Of a stretch of 12,159 bases of DNA, positions 1 through 7,477 are shown piece by piece. Position 1 is the stretch's first letter; every line of letters begins with the position of its first letter. Source of the DNA: Thermodesulfobacteriota bacterium (GTDB lineage: Bacteria > Desulfobacterota > Desulfobulbia > Desulfobulbales > SURF-16); assembly GCA_039715015.1 (NCBI GenBank), contig JBDLIE010000071.1, forward strand, positions 1 through 12,159, written 5' to 3'. The notes below the pieces were generated by a model. That model was not told the origin of the DNA, made no database searches, and saw only the letters and a program-made list of their open reading frames with translations. A program made the position numbers and the translations under genes.

Positions 1-76
1 TCCTCGGTAGCTCAGTTGGTAGAGCGGGTGACTGTTAATCACCTTGTCGGGGGTTCGAGTCCCTCCCGAGGAGCCA
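1..76 (+). tRNA. tRNA-Asn (anticodon GTT)
   Basis: Cloverleaf visible: acceptor stem TCCTCGG(1-7)/CCGAGGA, D-arm AGCTCAGTTGGTAGAGC, anticodon stem GGTGA(27-31)/TCACC(39-43) with loop CTGTTAA (GTT at 34-36), T-loop GGTTCGAGTCC, encoded 3' CCA at 74-76. Confidence 0.98.
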
Positions 77-107
77 GATTCTTACCGCTTTTATAGCGTT
101 TATATAT

Positions 108-148
108 AAGGCCCGATGGAGCAATCCATTGGGCCTTTGTTGTTTCTG
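108..148. terminator. Intrinsic terminator between the convergent tRNA-Asn and DUF4198 genes
   Basis: Hairpin AAGGCCCGATGGA-GCAA-TCCATTGGGCCTT (108-137; one G-U pair, GNRA loop) followed by TGTTGTTT on the + strand. The other side is AT-rich, so it may be bidirectional. Confidence 0.8.
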
Positions 149-164
149 GTCTGACAAAATCCCC

Positions 165-944
165 TTACTTTCTCTTATAGGGATCCATATAGATCCACAG
201 CACCGCGCCCAGCTCCACGGGCTTGGCCTCACCACTGGGGTCGGGCAGGGTGTACTCCGCCTCCAGCAAGGCAGAAAATCCCCACCAGCCCGGAAGAGGA
301 CAGGTGAAGGTGAAGATGCCGCTGGCATCCGCCTTGATCACCTGGGTGACATGGTAATCGCTGGCGGCCTGGAGTTGGCCATCCTCATTATAGAATTCCA
401 CCTCCACCTCGGCATGGGGCACGGACTTGCCATTCTTCAACACCTGGCCGCGAAAGCTGTTGCCAGCATAGTTGCCAAAGGGCCTGAGCAGAGGGACGAT
501 CTCGGTGGGCAGGCCCACTGGCTCGTGCCAACCTGTATCAGCGCCATAGGCCGCGATAATGGTCTTGGTATAATGGATGATGGACAGGTCCTCTGCCGCC
601 TCCCAGTAGGGGGTGGGCTCCATGACAAACTGATAGACCCCTGGACGCCTGACCTTGTAAGAGGTCTGCCAGGCCAAGTGATCCATAACCTCGGTCTTCT
701 GGAGGGAAGAGCCCAGGTCCTGACGCTTGCCATCTATTGCCACATAAAACTCGGCGGGTTTCGCCAGGTCCATGCCGATCATCTCAAAGGGATGGGAAAA
801 GGAGAGAGTGACATCCACACTTTTTTTTTCAGGCCTGACCATGTTGGTCGACGGGATGACCATGCCGAAATGGGCCAAAGCCTGGGATGACGCAGCAAGC
901 AGAATGGCTGCTGCCCCGACAATGGAAATTTGTTTTTTGATCAT
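165..944 (-). CDS. Secreted DUF4198-family protein (putative Ni/Co uptake accessory, NikK-like)
   Basis: 259-aa ORF with SD GGAGAG. Sec signal peptide ends ALA and the mature protein starts HFGMVIPS. Motifs LSFSHPFE, PYWEAAED..IIHYTK, VGLPTEIVPL.RPFG.YAGN.F.GQVL..GK.VP.AEVEVEFYN and GWWGFSAL are typical of this family. A NikR-like operator lies upstream. Confidence 0.82.
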   Translation of the reverse strand: MIKKQISIVGAAAILLAASSQALAHFGMVIPSTNMVRPEKKSVDVTLSFSHPFEMIGMDLAKPAEFYVAIDGKRQDLGSSLQKTEVMDHLAWQTSYKVRRPGVYQFVMEPTPYWEAAEDLSIIHYTKTIIAAYGADTGWHEPVGLPTEIVPLLRPFGNYAGNSFRGQVLKNGKSVPHAEVEVEFYNEDGQLQAASDYHVTQVIKADASGIFTFTCPLPGWWGFSALLEAEYTLPDPSGEAKPVELGAVLWIYMDPYKRK

Positions 945-1007
945 TATTTCTCTCCGTCCGCTGAAAATTCACCGACCAAGGCTTTGGCCTAAATAAACAT
1001 GGAATCC

Positions 1008-1034
1008 GTAACACTCATAAAATTTTCGTGTTAC
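1008..1034. promoter_or_regulatory. Putative NikR operator, GTAACAC-N13-GTGTTAC
   Basis: Perfect 7-bp inverted repeat with an AT-rich 13-bp spacer, about 64 bp upstream of the DUF4198 start. The widely spaced half-sites resemble ribbon-helix-helix NikR operators (E. coli GTATGA-N16-TCATAC), and the gene context fits. Confidence 0.7.
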
Positions 1035-1151
1035 CAGACCAGCGTTTTGGTCGGCTGTCAACAGAAAATAGCGGCAGGCAGCGAAATTCCGCTTTGCTGC
1101 GATCAACCCTATAGAGCGAGGTAAGAATGCCGATAGGGCTGGTTGGGGCAT

Positions 1152-1176
1152 GTAGGAGCCCGGCCCTCCGGGCGAT
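1152..1176 (+). repeat. GTAG-type REP-like palindrome (single copy in window)
   Basis: GTAG-GA-GCCCGG-CCCT-CCGGGC-GAT: a GTAG tetranucleotide followed by a GC-rich 6-bp stem ending in GCGA, the architecture of RAYT-associated GTAG REPs. Genome-wide copy number cannot be checked here. Confidence 0.6.
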
Positions 1177-1274
1177 AAAGAAAGAGTACAGCGTTCCCCA
1201 CCCCATGCCCAGCGCTCACACGGGTCATCCTCCGGCGAGAACGACGTCAATGGCAATATGGCACAAGAATAGAG

Positions 1275-2552
1275 CTAGCCGATTCCCTGCACCACATCGA
1301 CAATGGCGCGGGCCAGCTGCTCCAGGTCGCCTTGCTCAATGGTATAAGGGGGCATGACATAGATTAAGCGGCCAAAGGGCCTGACCCAGACGCCGCGCTC
1401 GACAAACTGCTTTTGGAGGCGGGCCACATCGACATCCTCTTTCATCTCCACCACGCCAATGGCGCCTAAGACCCGAACGTCATTCACCGTGGCAAGCTCC
1501 CGGCAGGGGGCCAATTGTCGTTCAAGGATGGTGGCAATGGAGGAAACGCGTTGCTGCCAGGGGCTGTCGACCAGCAGCTTGATGGAGGCCAGCGCCACGG
1601 CGCAGGCCAGGGGATTGGCCATGAAGGTGGGGCCGTGCATAAAGAGGCCGGGCTCACCACTGGAAATGGTATCGGCCACCTCGGCGGTGGCCAGGGTGGC
1701 GGCCAGGGTCAGATAGCCGCCAGTGAGGGCCTTACCCAGACACATGATGTCAGGGGTCACGCCACTATGCTCGCAGCCCCAAAAGGTACCGGAACGGCCA
1801 AAACCTGTGGCGATCTCATCCAAAATGAGCAGCACATTGTAGCGCTCACAGAGCTGGCGCACTCCGGCCAGGTAACGGGGGTGGTAGAAATACATGCCAC
1901 CGGCGCCCTGGACCACGGGTTCCATAATTACGGCTGCCAACTGGCCATGATGTTTTTCTATAAGCGTCGTGAAAGCGCCAAGGTCAGCCTCGTCCCAGGG
2001 CCCAGCAAAAGAACAGCTGGGCCGGGGGGCAAAGTGATGCTGGGGCAAGATACCTTGGAAGATATGGTGCATGCCGTTTTCCGGGTCGCAGACCGCCATG
2101 GCCCCGAAGGTATCGCCATGGTAACCGCCGCGGATGGTGAGCAATCTTTTTTTATCGGTGTGACCCTTGGCCTGCCAGAACTGGAAGGCCATCTTAATGG
2201 CCACCTCAACCGACACCGAACCGGAATCAGCCAGAAATACGCGCTCTAAAGATGGCGGCGCCAGGCGGATAAGGCTCTCAGCCAGCTCCACAGCAGGCCT
2301 GTGGGTAATACCGCCAAACATGACATGGGCCATCTTAGCACTTTGCCTAGCCAGGGCCTCATTGAGAACAGGATGGTTGTAACCATGGATGGCTGACCAC
2401 CAGGAAGACATGCCGTCAATGATCTCCCGGCCATCAGCTAAACGGAGGCGGACGCCGGAGGCCGACTCCACCTCGTAGACGGGCAGAGGGTTTACCATGG
2501 AGGTGTATGGATGCCAGAGATGGCGGCGGTCAAAATCGAGGAGATCTTTCAT
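1275..2552 (-). CDS. bioA: Adenosylmethionine--8-amino-7-oxononanoate aminotransferase (class III PLP aminotransferase)
   Basis: Motifs [71 protein letters not shown]-lysine motif [19 protein letters not shown]. Start moved to the ATG at 2552 ([16 protein letters not shown], 425 aa) with SD GGGGAAG. The longer ORF overlaps hemC. Confidence 0.95.
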   Translation of the reverse strand: MKDLLDFDRRHLWHPYTSMVNPLPVYEVESASGVRLRLADGREIIDGMSSWWSAIHGYNHPVLNEALARQSAKMAHVMFGGITHRPAVELAESLIRLAPPSLERVFLADSGSVSVEVAIKMAFQFWQAKGHTDKKRLLTIRGGYHGDTFGAMAVCDPENGMHHIFQGILPQHHFAPRPSCSFAGPWDEADLGAFTTLIEKHHGQLAAVIMEPVVQGAGGMYFYHPRYLAGVRQLCERYNVLLILDEIATGFGRSGTFWGCEHSGVTPDIMCLGKALTGGYLTLAATLATAEVADTISSGEPGLFMHGPTFMANPLACAVALASIKLLVDSPWQQRVSSIATILERQLAPCRELATVNDVRVLGAIGVVEMKEDVDVARLQKQFVERGVWVRPFGRLIYVMPPYTIEQGDLEQLARAIVDVVQGIG

Positions 2553-2570
2553 AATTTCTTCCCCATTCAG

Positions 2571-2632
2571 CCCTGACCCTTCGACCGGCTCAGGGTACGA
2601 TCTTTGCGCTATGGGGCTTCCTGTCGAAGGGT
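2571..2632. repeat. REP-like inverted repeat (CCCTTCGAC..GCTCAGGG type) filling the hemC-bioA gap
   Basis: ACCCTTCGAC (2576-2585) and GTCGAAGGGT (2623-2632) are perfect inverted arms. The minus strand reads CGTACCCTGAGCCGGTCGAAGGG, resembling a widespread extragenic repeat unit; the second unit is degenerate. Confidence 0.65.
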
Positions 2633-2634
2633 GG

Positions 2635-3579
2635 TTAGATCCCCTCTTCAGCCTGCTGACTGCGGATCTCGGCCAAGAGCTCCTTGGCACCATCAGCCAG
2701 GATCTTGGTACCAAGTTCGGTGCCGATGCGCTGGGCCTCGGCCTTAGGGCCGCTCTGGGTGGCGCTGATTTTCTTCTGGCCATCGAGACTGACAAGGCCG
2801 GCAGTCAGGGTTAACTCATCGCCGTTAAGGGTTGCCAGGGCAAAGGCCGGAATGGAACAACCGCCCTCAAGCTTGCGCAGAAAGCCACGTTCAGCCAAAA
2901 GACGTGCCTCGCTCTCGGCATTGTTGAGACAAGAACGCACAAGCTTTCTCTTCTCGGCACTGAGCCCGCCTGCCGCCTCAATGGCCACACAGCCCTGGCC
3001 CACCGGCGGCACAAACTGCTCCTCAGGGAAGGTGTGGACGATCAAATCCTCATACTCCATACGATGAACACCGGCATAGGCCAGCATGATACCGTCGCAG
3101 AGGCCTTCCTTCATTTTCTTGATCCGAGTCTGGAGGTTGCCACGAATATCCACGGTCTCAATATGGGGGTAGTGGAGGGCGAGCAGGGCCCGGCGCCGCA
3201 CAGAGGAGGTGCCAAGAACAATTTTTTTGCCGGTATCTTCCAGGCACAGGCCGGGATTATGGCTCACCACCACATCATTGGCCTTTTCGCGATCGGTAAA
3301 GGCGATGAGCTCAAAACCGTCCGGAAGCAGGGAGGGCATATCCTTGGCGCTGTGCACAGCGATATCCAAGGTGCCGTCAGCAAGCTGATCTTCAAGCTCC
3401 TCGGTAAACACACCCTTAGAGCCGATCTTGGCAATGGAGGTGTTGAGGACCTTGTCTCCCTTGGTCTCCATGGTGATGATATCTGTTTCTATACCGGCGG
3501 CATTAAGCTTGTCCTGCACGTAATAGGTCTGCCACATTGCCAGTTTACTCTTCCTGGAACCGATCGTTATCTTGCTCAT
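2635..3579 (-). CDS. hemC: Hydroxymethylbilane synthase (porphobilinogen deaminase)
   Basis: 314 aa. Motifs [71 protein letters not shown] (cofactor-binding Cys). Confidence 0.97.
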   Translation of the reverse strand: MSKITIGSRKSKLAMWQTYYVQDKLNAAGIETDIITMETKGDKVLNTSIAKIGSKGVFTEELEDQLADGTLDIAVHSAKDMPSLLPDGFELIAFTDREKANDVVVSHNPGLCLEDTGKKIVLGTSSVRRRALLALHYPHIETVDIRGNLQTRIKKMKEGLCDGIMLAYAGVHRMEYEDLIVHTFPEEQFVPPVGQGCVAIEAAGGLSAEKRKLVRSCLNNAESEARLLAERGFLRKLEGGCSIPAFALATLNGDELTLTAGLVSLDGQKKISATQSGPKAEAQRIGTELGTKILADGAKELLAEIRSQQAEEGI

Positions 3580-3804
3580 CCTTTATAAAACCCCTTCAAG
3601 AAGTATCTATAGCTTCATAGGTGGGCCACTCTCCTTCGCTTATAGGGAAGAGGCTCCGCCTTGACCTGTCACATCTTTCCATACCCTAAATGGGCCGGAA
3701 AAACATTAATTTCCTGCAGAAAGCGATGGCTGATGGGACGTGTTTGTTCCGAGATTGAACAATATAATAATTTCTGCTTACCACTGAGCTTCAGCCATTT
3801 TAGG

Positions 3805-3876
3805 AGTCATCCCCGCGAAGGCTGGACCTGGCTATTTACCCGTGCTCTATGGATTCCCGACTTTGCGGGGATGACT
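3805..3876. repeat. Head-to-head REP-like dimer (GTCATCCCCGCG...GCGGGGATGAC type)
   Basis: 16-bp arms AGTCATCCCCGCGAAG (3805-3820) and CTTTGCGGGGATGACT (3861-3876), with one G-U. The right unit TGGATTCCCGACTTTGCGGGGATGAC matches the familiar GTCATYCCCGCG..GCGGGAATCCA repeat pattern. It could also terminate the fructokinase transcript. Confidence 0.7.
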
Positions 3877-3989
3877 TTAGAGATGTCGATTTAATGAAGA
3901 TATGCCAACATTTTATGAGCGGCTTCTGGCATTAGAGTGAAGTTCACTGGTATTCGACAGACACTTCCGGCTGTTAAAATACTTCTACA

Positions 3990-4850
3990 CTAGGAGGGAT
4001 AGGCCGGGGTGGCTCCGGCCTTGGAGGCCACATAGGAGCCCAGGCGGTTGGCCTCTTCCAGGCAGCTTTGAAGGGGGCTACCGGCCAGAAAACCGGCGAT
4101 GATACCGGAAAAAAAGGCGTCGCCGCTGCCCACTGTGTCAGCAACCGTCACTGGAAAGCCGGAATGGGAACAACACTCCTCCCTGTTGATGAGCAAGGCA
4201 CCTTCACTGCCACGGGTCACGGCCAGCAGCTTGAGGTCAAAGGCGTTTAACAGGGCGGCAGCCATTTCTTCTTCACTACCAGTTTTGCCGACCAGGACCT
4301 CATTCAAAACTGCCAACTCCTCACTGTTTACCTTGACCACATGGGCTGCCTCCAGGGACTCCTTGACATGCTCCATGGGCGTAAAGGGAGGACGGAGATT
4401 GACATCATAAAAAATGGTATCGGCGTGCTGCCAGAGGCTGCGGATGGCCTGCCTGCTTTCCGGTTCACGCTGGGCCAGGGTGCCGCAGACCAGATGAAAG
4501 GAGCCACCGCCAACAACGCTTTCAACCTCAGCGGCCTGGATATGGTCCCAGGCTGCTGGCTTTGCGATGTCAAAATGGGGTTCATTATGGCTGTCCATTG
4601 TCACCACCACCCGACCGGTGGGCCTGTTGGCATCGATCTGGATGGCATCGACGGCAAGGCCGATCTCCTTGATTTTATCCAAGGTGTGGCGGCCCAAATC
4701 ATCATCACCAATGCGGCTGGCCACTAAGACCGGCAGACCGCGGGCCTGGAGATGGTAGGCAACGTTCAAGGGGGCGCCGCCCAGAACGCTTCTTTCAGGA
4801 AACTGGTCCCAGACAATCTCCCCAACGGAAACAATCAAATCTTTTGCCAT
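3990..4850 (-). CDS. PfkB/ribokinase-family carbohydrate kinase, probable fructokinase
   Basis: Motifs GEIVWD, GGAPLNVA, IGDDDLG, PTG.V.V, AAWD, YDVNLRPP, VKVNSEEL, VTRGSEGA, DTVGSGDAF. Start set at ATG 4850 (MAKDLIVSVGE, 286 aa) with SD AGGTAGGG. Adjacent to sucrose synthase. Confidence 0.9.
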   Translation of the reverse strand: MAKDLIVSVGEIVWDQFPERSVLGGAPLNVAYHLQARGLPVLVASRIGDDDLGRHTLDKIKEIGLAVDAIQIDANRPTGRVVVTMDSHNEPHFDIAKPAAWDHIQAAEVESVVGGGSFHLVCGTLAQREPESRQAIRSLWQHADTIFYDVNLRPPFTPMEHVKESLEAAHVVKVNSEELAVLNEVLVGKTGSEEEMAAALLNAFDLKLLAVTRGSEGALLINREECCSHSGFPVTVADTVGSGDAFFSGIIAGFLAGSPLQSCLEEANRLGSYVASKAGATPAYPS

Positions 4851-4981
4851 AATCCCTACCTGAGCTTGCAACTTTTTGATACTCTGAAAAAATAGACACC
4901 GAAAATTCAGTATAGGGCACCTCGTCTTAGATAGCAAAACGAACACCAGCTTTTGAAGCTTCAGTAAGCCAAGGAAAAGCC

Positions 4982-7375
4982 ATGATAGATACCTTGATGA
5001 CATATATTCAGGAGAATCGGGATGCTGTCTACAGCCTGTTTCGCCGCTTTCAAGAGACCGGCAAAAGTTTGATGCTGCGCACCGATCTCTGGGACGAATT
5101 CAAACTCTTCTGCGCTGAGACAGAAAACGAATTGCTTTTTGACTCTCCCCTGGCCGAGGCCATTGCCCATACCCAGGAGGCTGCCCTTGTCGCGCCCTGG
5201 CTCTACCTCGATGTCCGCCCCCGGGTGGCCCAGTGGCATTATCTCTGTTTTCACTTCGAATCCATGACTCTGCAAGAAGTTCCAGCCTCGCAGTTTCTCA
5301 GCTTTAAAGAGGGTCTGGTCAACAGCGACCCGGATGATCGTATTTTAGAGATCGACCTCACTCCCTTTGAGCGCCATTTCCCCAAGATGACCCAGACCCG
5401 TTCCATCGGCCATGGCGTAGAGTTTTTGAACCGCCGTTTTTCAAGCCGCCTGGCCAACGACCTTGCCAAAGGCGATGAGCTGATCCTCTCCTTCCTGCGG
5501 GTCCACGGCTATGGCGGTATGCCCTTTATGATCAATGGGTCCATTAAAAATATGGCAGGTCTTCAGCAGGCTTTGCGTAACGGCATGGAGTATCTCGAAG
5601 ATCAAGCCGGCGATGCCACCTGGAATGATGTCAGCGCCAACCTGCAGATCATGGGGTTTGAGCCGGGTTGGGGCCGTAAGGTTGACCGGATCCTTGACAG
5701 CTTCAGCCTGCTGGCCGACATCCTCGAGGCCCCGGACCATGGCGCCCTGGAACAATTTTTCAGCCGCATCCCCATGATCTTCAACGTGGTGATCGTCTCA
5801 CCCCATGGTTATTTTGCCCAGGATAAGGTCCTGGGCCTGCCTGACACCGGCGGGCAGGTGGTCTACATCCTTGATCAGGTCCGCTCCCTGGAAAAGGAGA
5901 TGCGGGCCCGAATCCATGATCAGGGTCTTGACATTGAACCACAGATTATCATCCTCACCCGCCTGCTGCCCGAGGCTGGTGACACCACCTGCAACCAGGC
6001 GGAAGAGAAAGTCAACGGTACTGAGAACGTCAAAATTATCCGCATCCCCTTCCGTGCCAAGGATGGCTCCGTAATCCCCCACTGGATATCCCGCTTCGAG
6101 ATCTGGCCCTACCTGGAACGCTTTTCCTTAGAGGCGGAAAAGGAGGTCATGGCACTCCTGGGCCGCCGGCCCGATCTTATCATCGGCAATTACTCAGACG
6201 GCAACCTGGTGGCCACCCTCATCTCCCAACGCCTGGGTGTTACCCAGTGCACCATTGCCCATGCCTTAGAGAAGACCAAGTATCTTTACTCCGCCCTCTA
6301 CTGGCAAGAGATGGAAGACCAGTACCATTTCTCCTGCCAGTTCACGGCGGATCTCATTGCCATGAATGCCGCAGATTTTATCATCACCAGCACCTACCAG
6401 GAGATTGCCGGCAGCGACAATATGGTGGGCCAGTACGAGAGTTACTCGGCCTTTACCATGCCGGGTCTACAACGGGTGATCAGGGGCATCAATGTCTTTG
6501 ATCCAAAATTTAATATTGTCTCGCCGGGGGCTGATGCCGACGTCTATTTCCCATACTCAGACAAGGAAAAGCGCTTAAGTGGCCTGCATGGTGAGCTTGA
6601 CGACCTGGTCTTTGGCGGTGGCAGGGCCGAGAGCCGCGGCATCTTGGAGGACCAGGACAAGCCGCTGATCTTTTCCATGGCCCGCCTGGACCATATCAAA
6701 AACCTCACCGGCCTGGTGGAGTGGTATGCCCACAACGGCAAATTACGGGAACTTACAAATCTTTTAATCATCGGCGGCACCGTCAACCCGGATCATTCCT
6801 CAGACAATGAGGAGCGTGAGCAAATTATGCGCATGCATACCCTCTTTGATGAACATGGCCTGGACGGCCAGGTACGCTGGCTTGGTGTGCGCCTTGACAA
6901 AAATCTCACCGGCGAACTCTACCGCTATCTGGCAGATAGGCGCTCCGCCTTTATTCAGCCCGCCTTTTTCGAGGCCTTTGGTCTCACCGTCATCGAAGCC
7001 ATGGCCTCGGGCCTGCCCACCTTTGCCACCCGCTACGGCGGGCCTTTGGAGATCATTAAGGATGGCGTCTCCGGCTTTCACATTAACCCCAATCACCCGG
7101 ACGAAGCTGCGGAGATCATCACCACCTTCTTTGAACGATGCCAGAAGGAGCCGGAACATTGGTACGCCCTGTCTGAAGGTGCCATCAACCGGGTCCAGAG
7201 CCATTACACATGGAAGCGCTACGCCAAGCGGCTGCTGTCACTGACCTGTATCTATGGCTTCTGGAAATATGCCACCAACCTTGATCGCCAGGAAACCAAC
7301 CGCTACCTGGAGATGCTCTACCACCTCCAGTTCAGACCGCTGGCTGCCGGGCTTGAAAACTCCCCTGAGGATTGA
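4982..7375 (+). CDS. susA: Sucrose synthase (GT4)
   Basis: 797 aa. Motifs SIGHGVEFLNR, GFEPGWG, SPHGYFAQDKVLGLPDTGGQVVYILDQVR, WISRFEIWPYLE, IGNYSDGNLVA, AHALEKTKY, YHFSCQFTAD, FDPKFNIVSPGAD, EAFGLTVIEAM, YGFWKY. SD AAGGA. Confidence 0.97.
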   Translation: MIDTLMTYIQENRDAVYSLFRRFQETGKSLMLRTDLWDEFKLFCAETENELLFDSPLAEAIAHTQEAALVAPWLYLDVRPRVAQWHYLCFHFESMTLQEVPASQFLSFKEGLVNSDPDDRILEIDLTPFERHFPKMTQTRSIGHGVEFLNRRFSSRLANDLAKGDELILSFLRVHGYGGMPFMINGSIKNMAGLQQALRNGMEYLEDQAGDATWNDVSANLQIMGFEPGWGRKVDRILDSFSLLADILEAPDHGALEQFFSRIPMIFNVVIVSPHGYFAQDKVLGLPDTGGQVVYILDQVRSLEKEMRARIHDQGLDIEPQIIILTRLLPEAGDTTCNQAEEKVNGTENVKIIRIPFRAKDGSVIPHWISRFEIWPYLERFSLEAEKEVMALLGRRPDLIIGNYSDGNLVATLISQRLGVTQCTIAHALEKTKYLYSALYWQEMEDQYHFSCQFTADLIAMNAADFIITSTYQEIAGSDNMVGQYESYSAFTMPGLQRVIRGINVFDPKFNIVSPGADADVYFPYSDKEKRLSGLHGELDDLVFGGGRAESRGILEDQDKPLIFSMARLDHIKNLTGLVEWYAHNGKLRELTNLLIIGGTVNPDHSSDNEEREQIMRMHTLFDEHGLDGQVRWLGVRLDKNLTGELYRYLADRRSAFIQPAFFEAFGLTVIEAMASGLPTFATRYGGPLEIIKDGVSGFHINPNHPDEAAEIITTFFERCQKEPEHWYALSEGAINRVQSHYTWKRYAKRLLSLTCIYGFWKYATNLDRQETNRYLEMLYHLQFRPLAAGLENSPED

Positions 7376-7399
7376 CAGCTTTCAGGCCATCACGCCCAT

Positions 7400-7434
7400 A
7401 AAAAAACCGGAGCCGCCTACTGGCGGCTCCGGTT
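7400..7434 (-). terminator. Intrinsic terminator of the cytochrome gene, possibly shared with the convergent sucrose synthase
   Basis: Perfect 13-bp stem AACCGGAGCCGCC-TACT-GGCGGCTCCGGTT (7405-7434). A7 at 7400-7406 gives a U7 tail on the minus strand. Confidence 0.9.
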
Positions 7435-7477
7435 GATGTGTTGGCTAGACAAACCACGTTAAGATGTGGCTTCTTTA

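Noticed and set aside
1..160. tRNA-Asn as attachment site of a genomic island
   Set aside because: No integrase, and no duplicate of the tRNA 3' end was spotted in the window. The downstream genes are metabolic.
129..890. 253-aa + strand ORF and other long antisense ORFs (1515-2249, 3034-3588, 8399-9223, 11105-12019)
   Set aside because: They lie entirely or almost entirely opposite well-supported genes and show no recognisable motifs. They are typical antisense shadows caused by codon bias.
945..1274. Cobalamin or NiCo riboswitch upstream of DUF4198; 95-aa ORF 969-1256
   Set aside because: The conserved cores (e.g. GGGAA...GCCACTG B12 box) were not found. The ORF runs through palindromes and the operator and does not look protein-like.
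2553..2795. 81-aa N-terminal extension of BioA in the ORF track
   Set aside because: It overlaps the hemC 3' end and the REP-like element. The ATG at 2552 has an SD and gives a normal BioA N-terminus.
3620..3660. Imperfect hairpin upstream of hemC as a regulatory RNA
   Set aside because: Several mismatches and bulges, no U-tail and no recognisable motif.
3661..3894. 77-aa ORF in the hemC-kinase gap
   Set aside because: TTG start without an SD. Its C-terminal part (HPREG...WIPDFAGMT) is just the translation of the REP-like repeat.
3784..3947. Short palindromes CTGAGCTTCAG (3784-3794) and GTGAAGTTCAC (3937-3947), resembling TGAAGCTTCA at 4954
   Set aside because: Arms of only 4-5 bp with inconsistent spacing, which is expected by chance.
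4851..5003. 51-aa N-terminal extension of the PfkB kinase
   Set aside because: It would overlap the sus start and cover the divergent promoter. The family N-terminus begins at ATG 4850.
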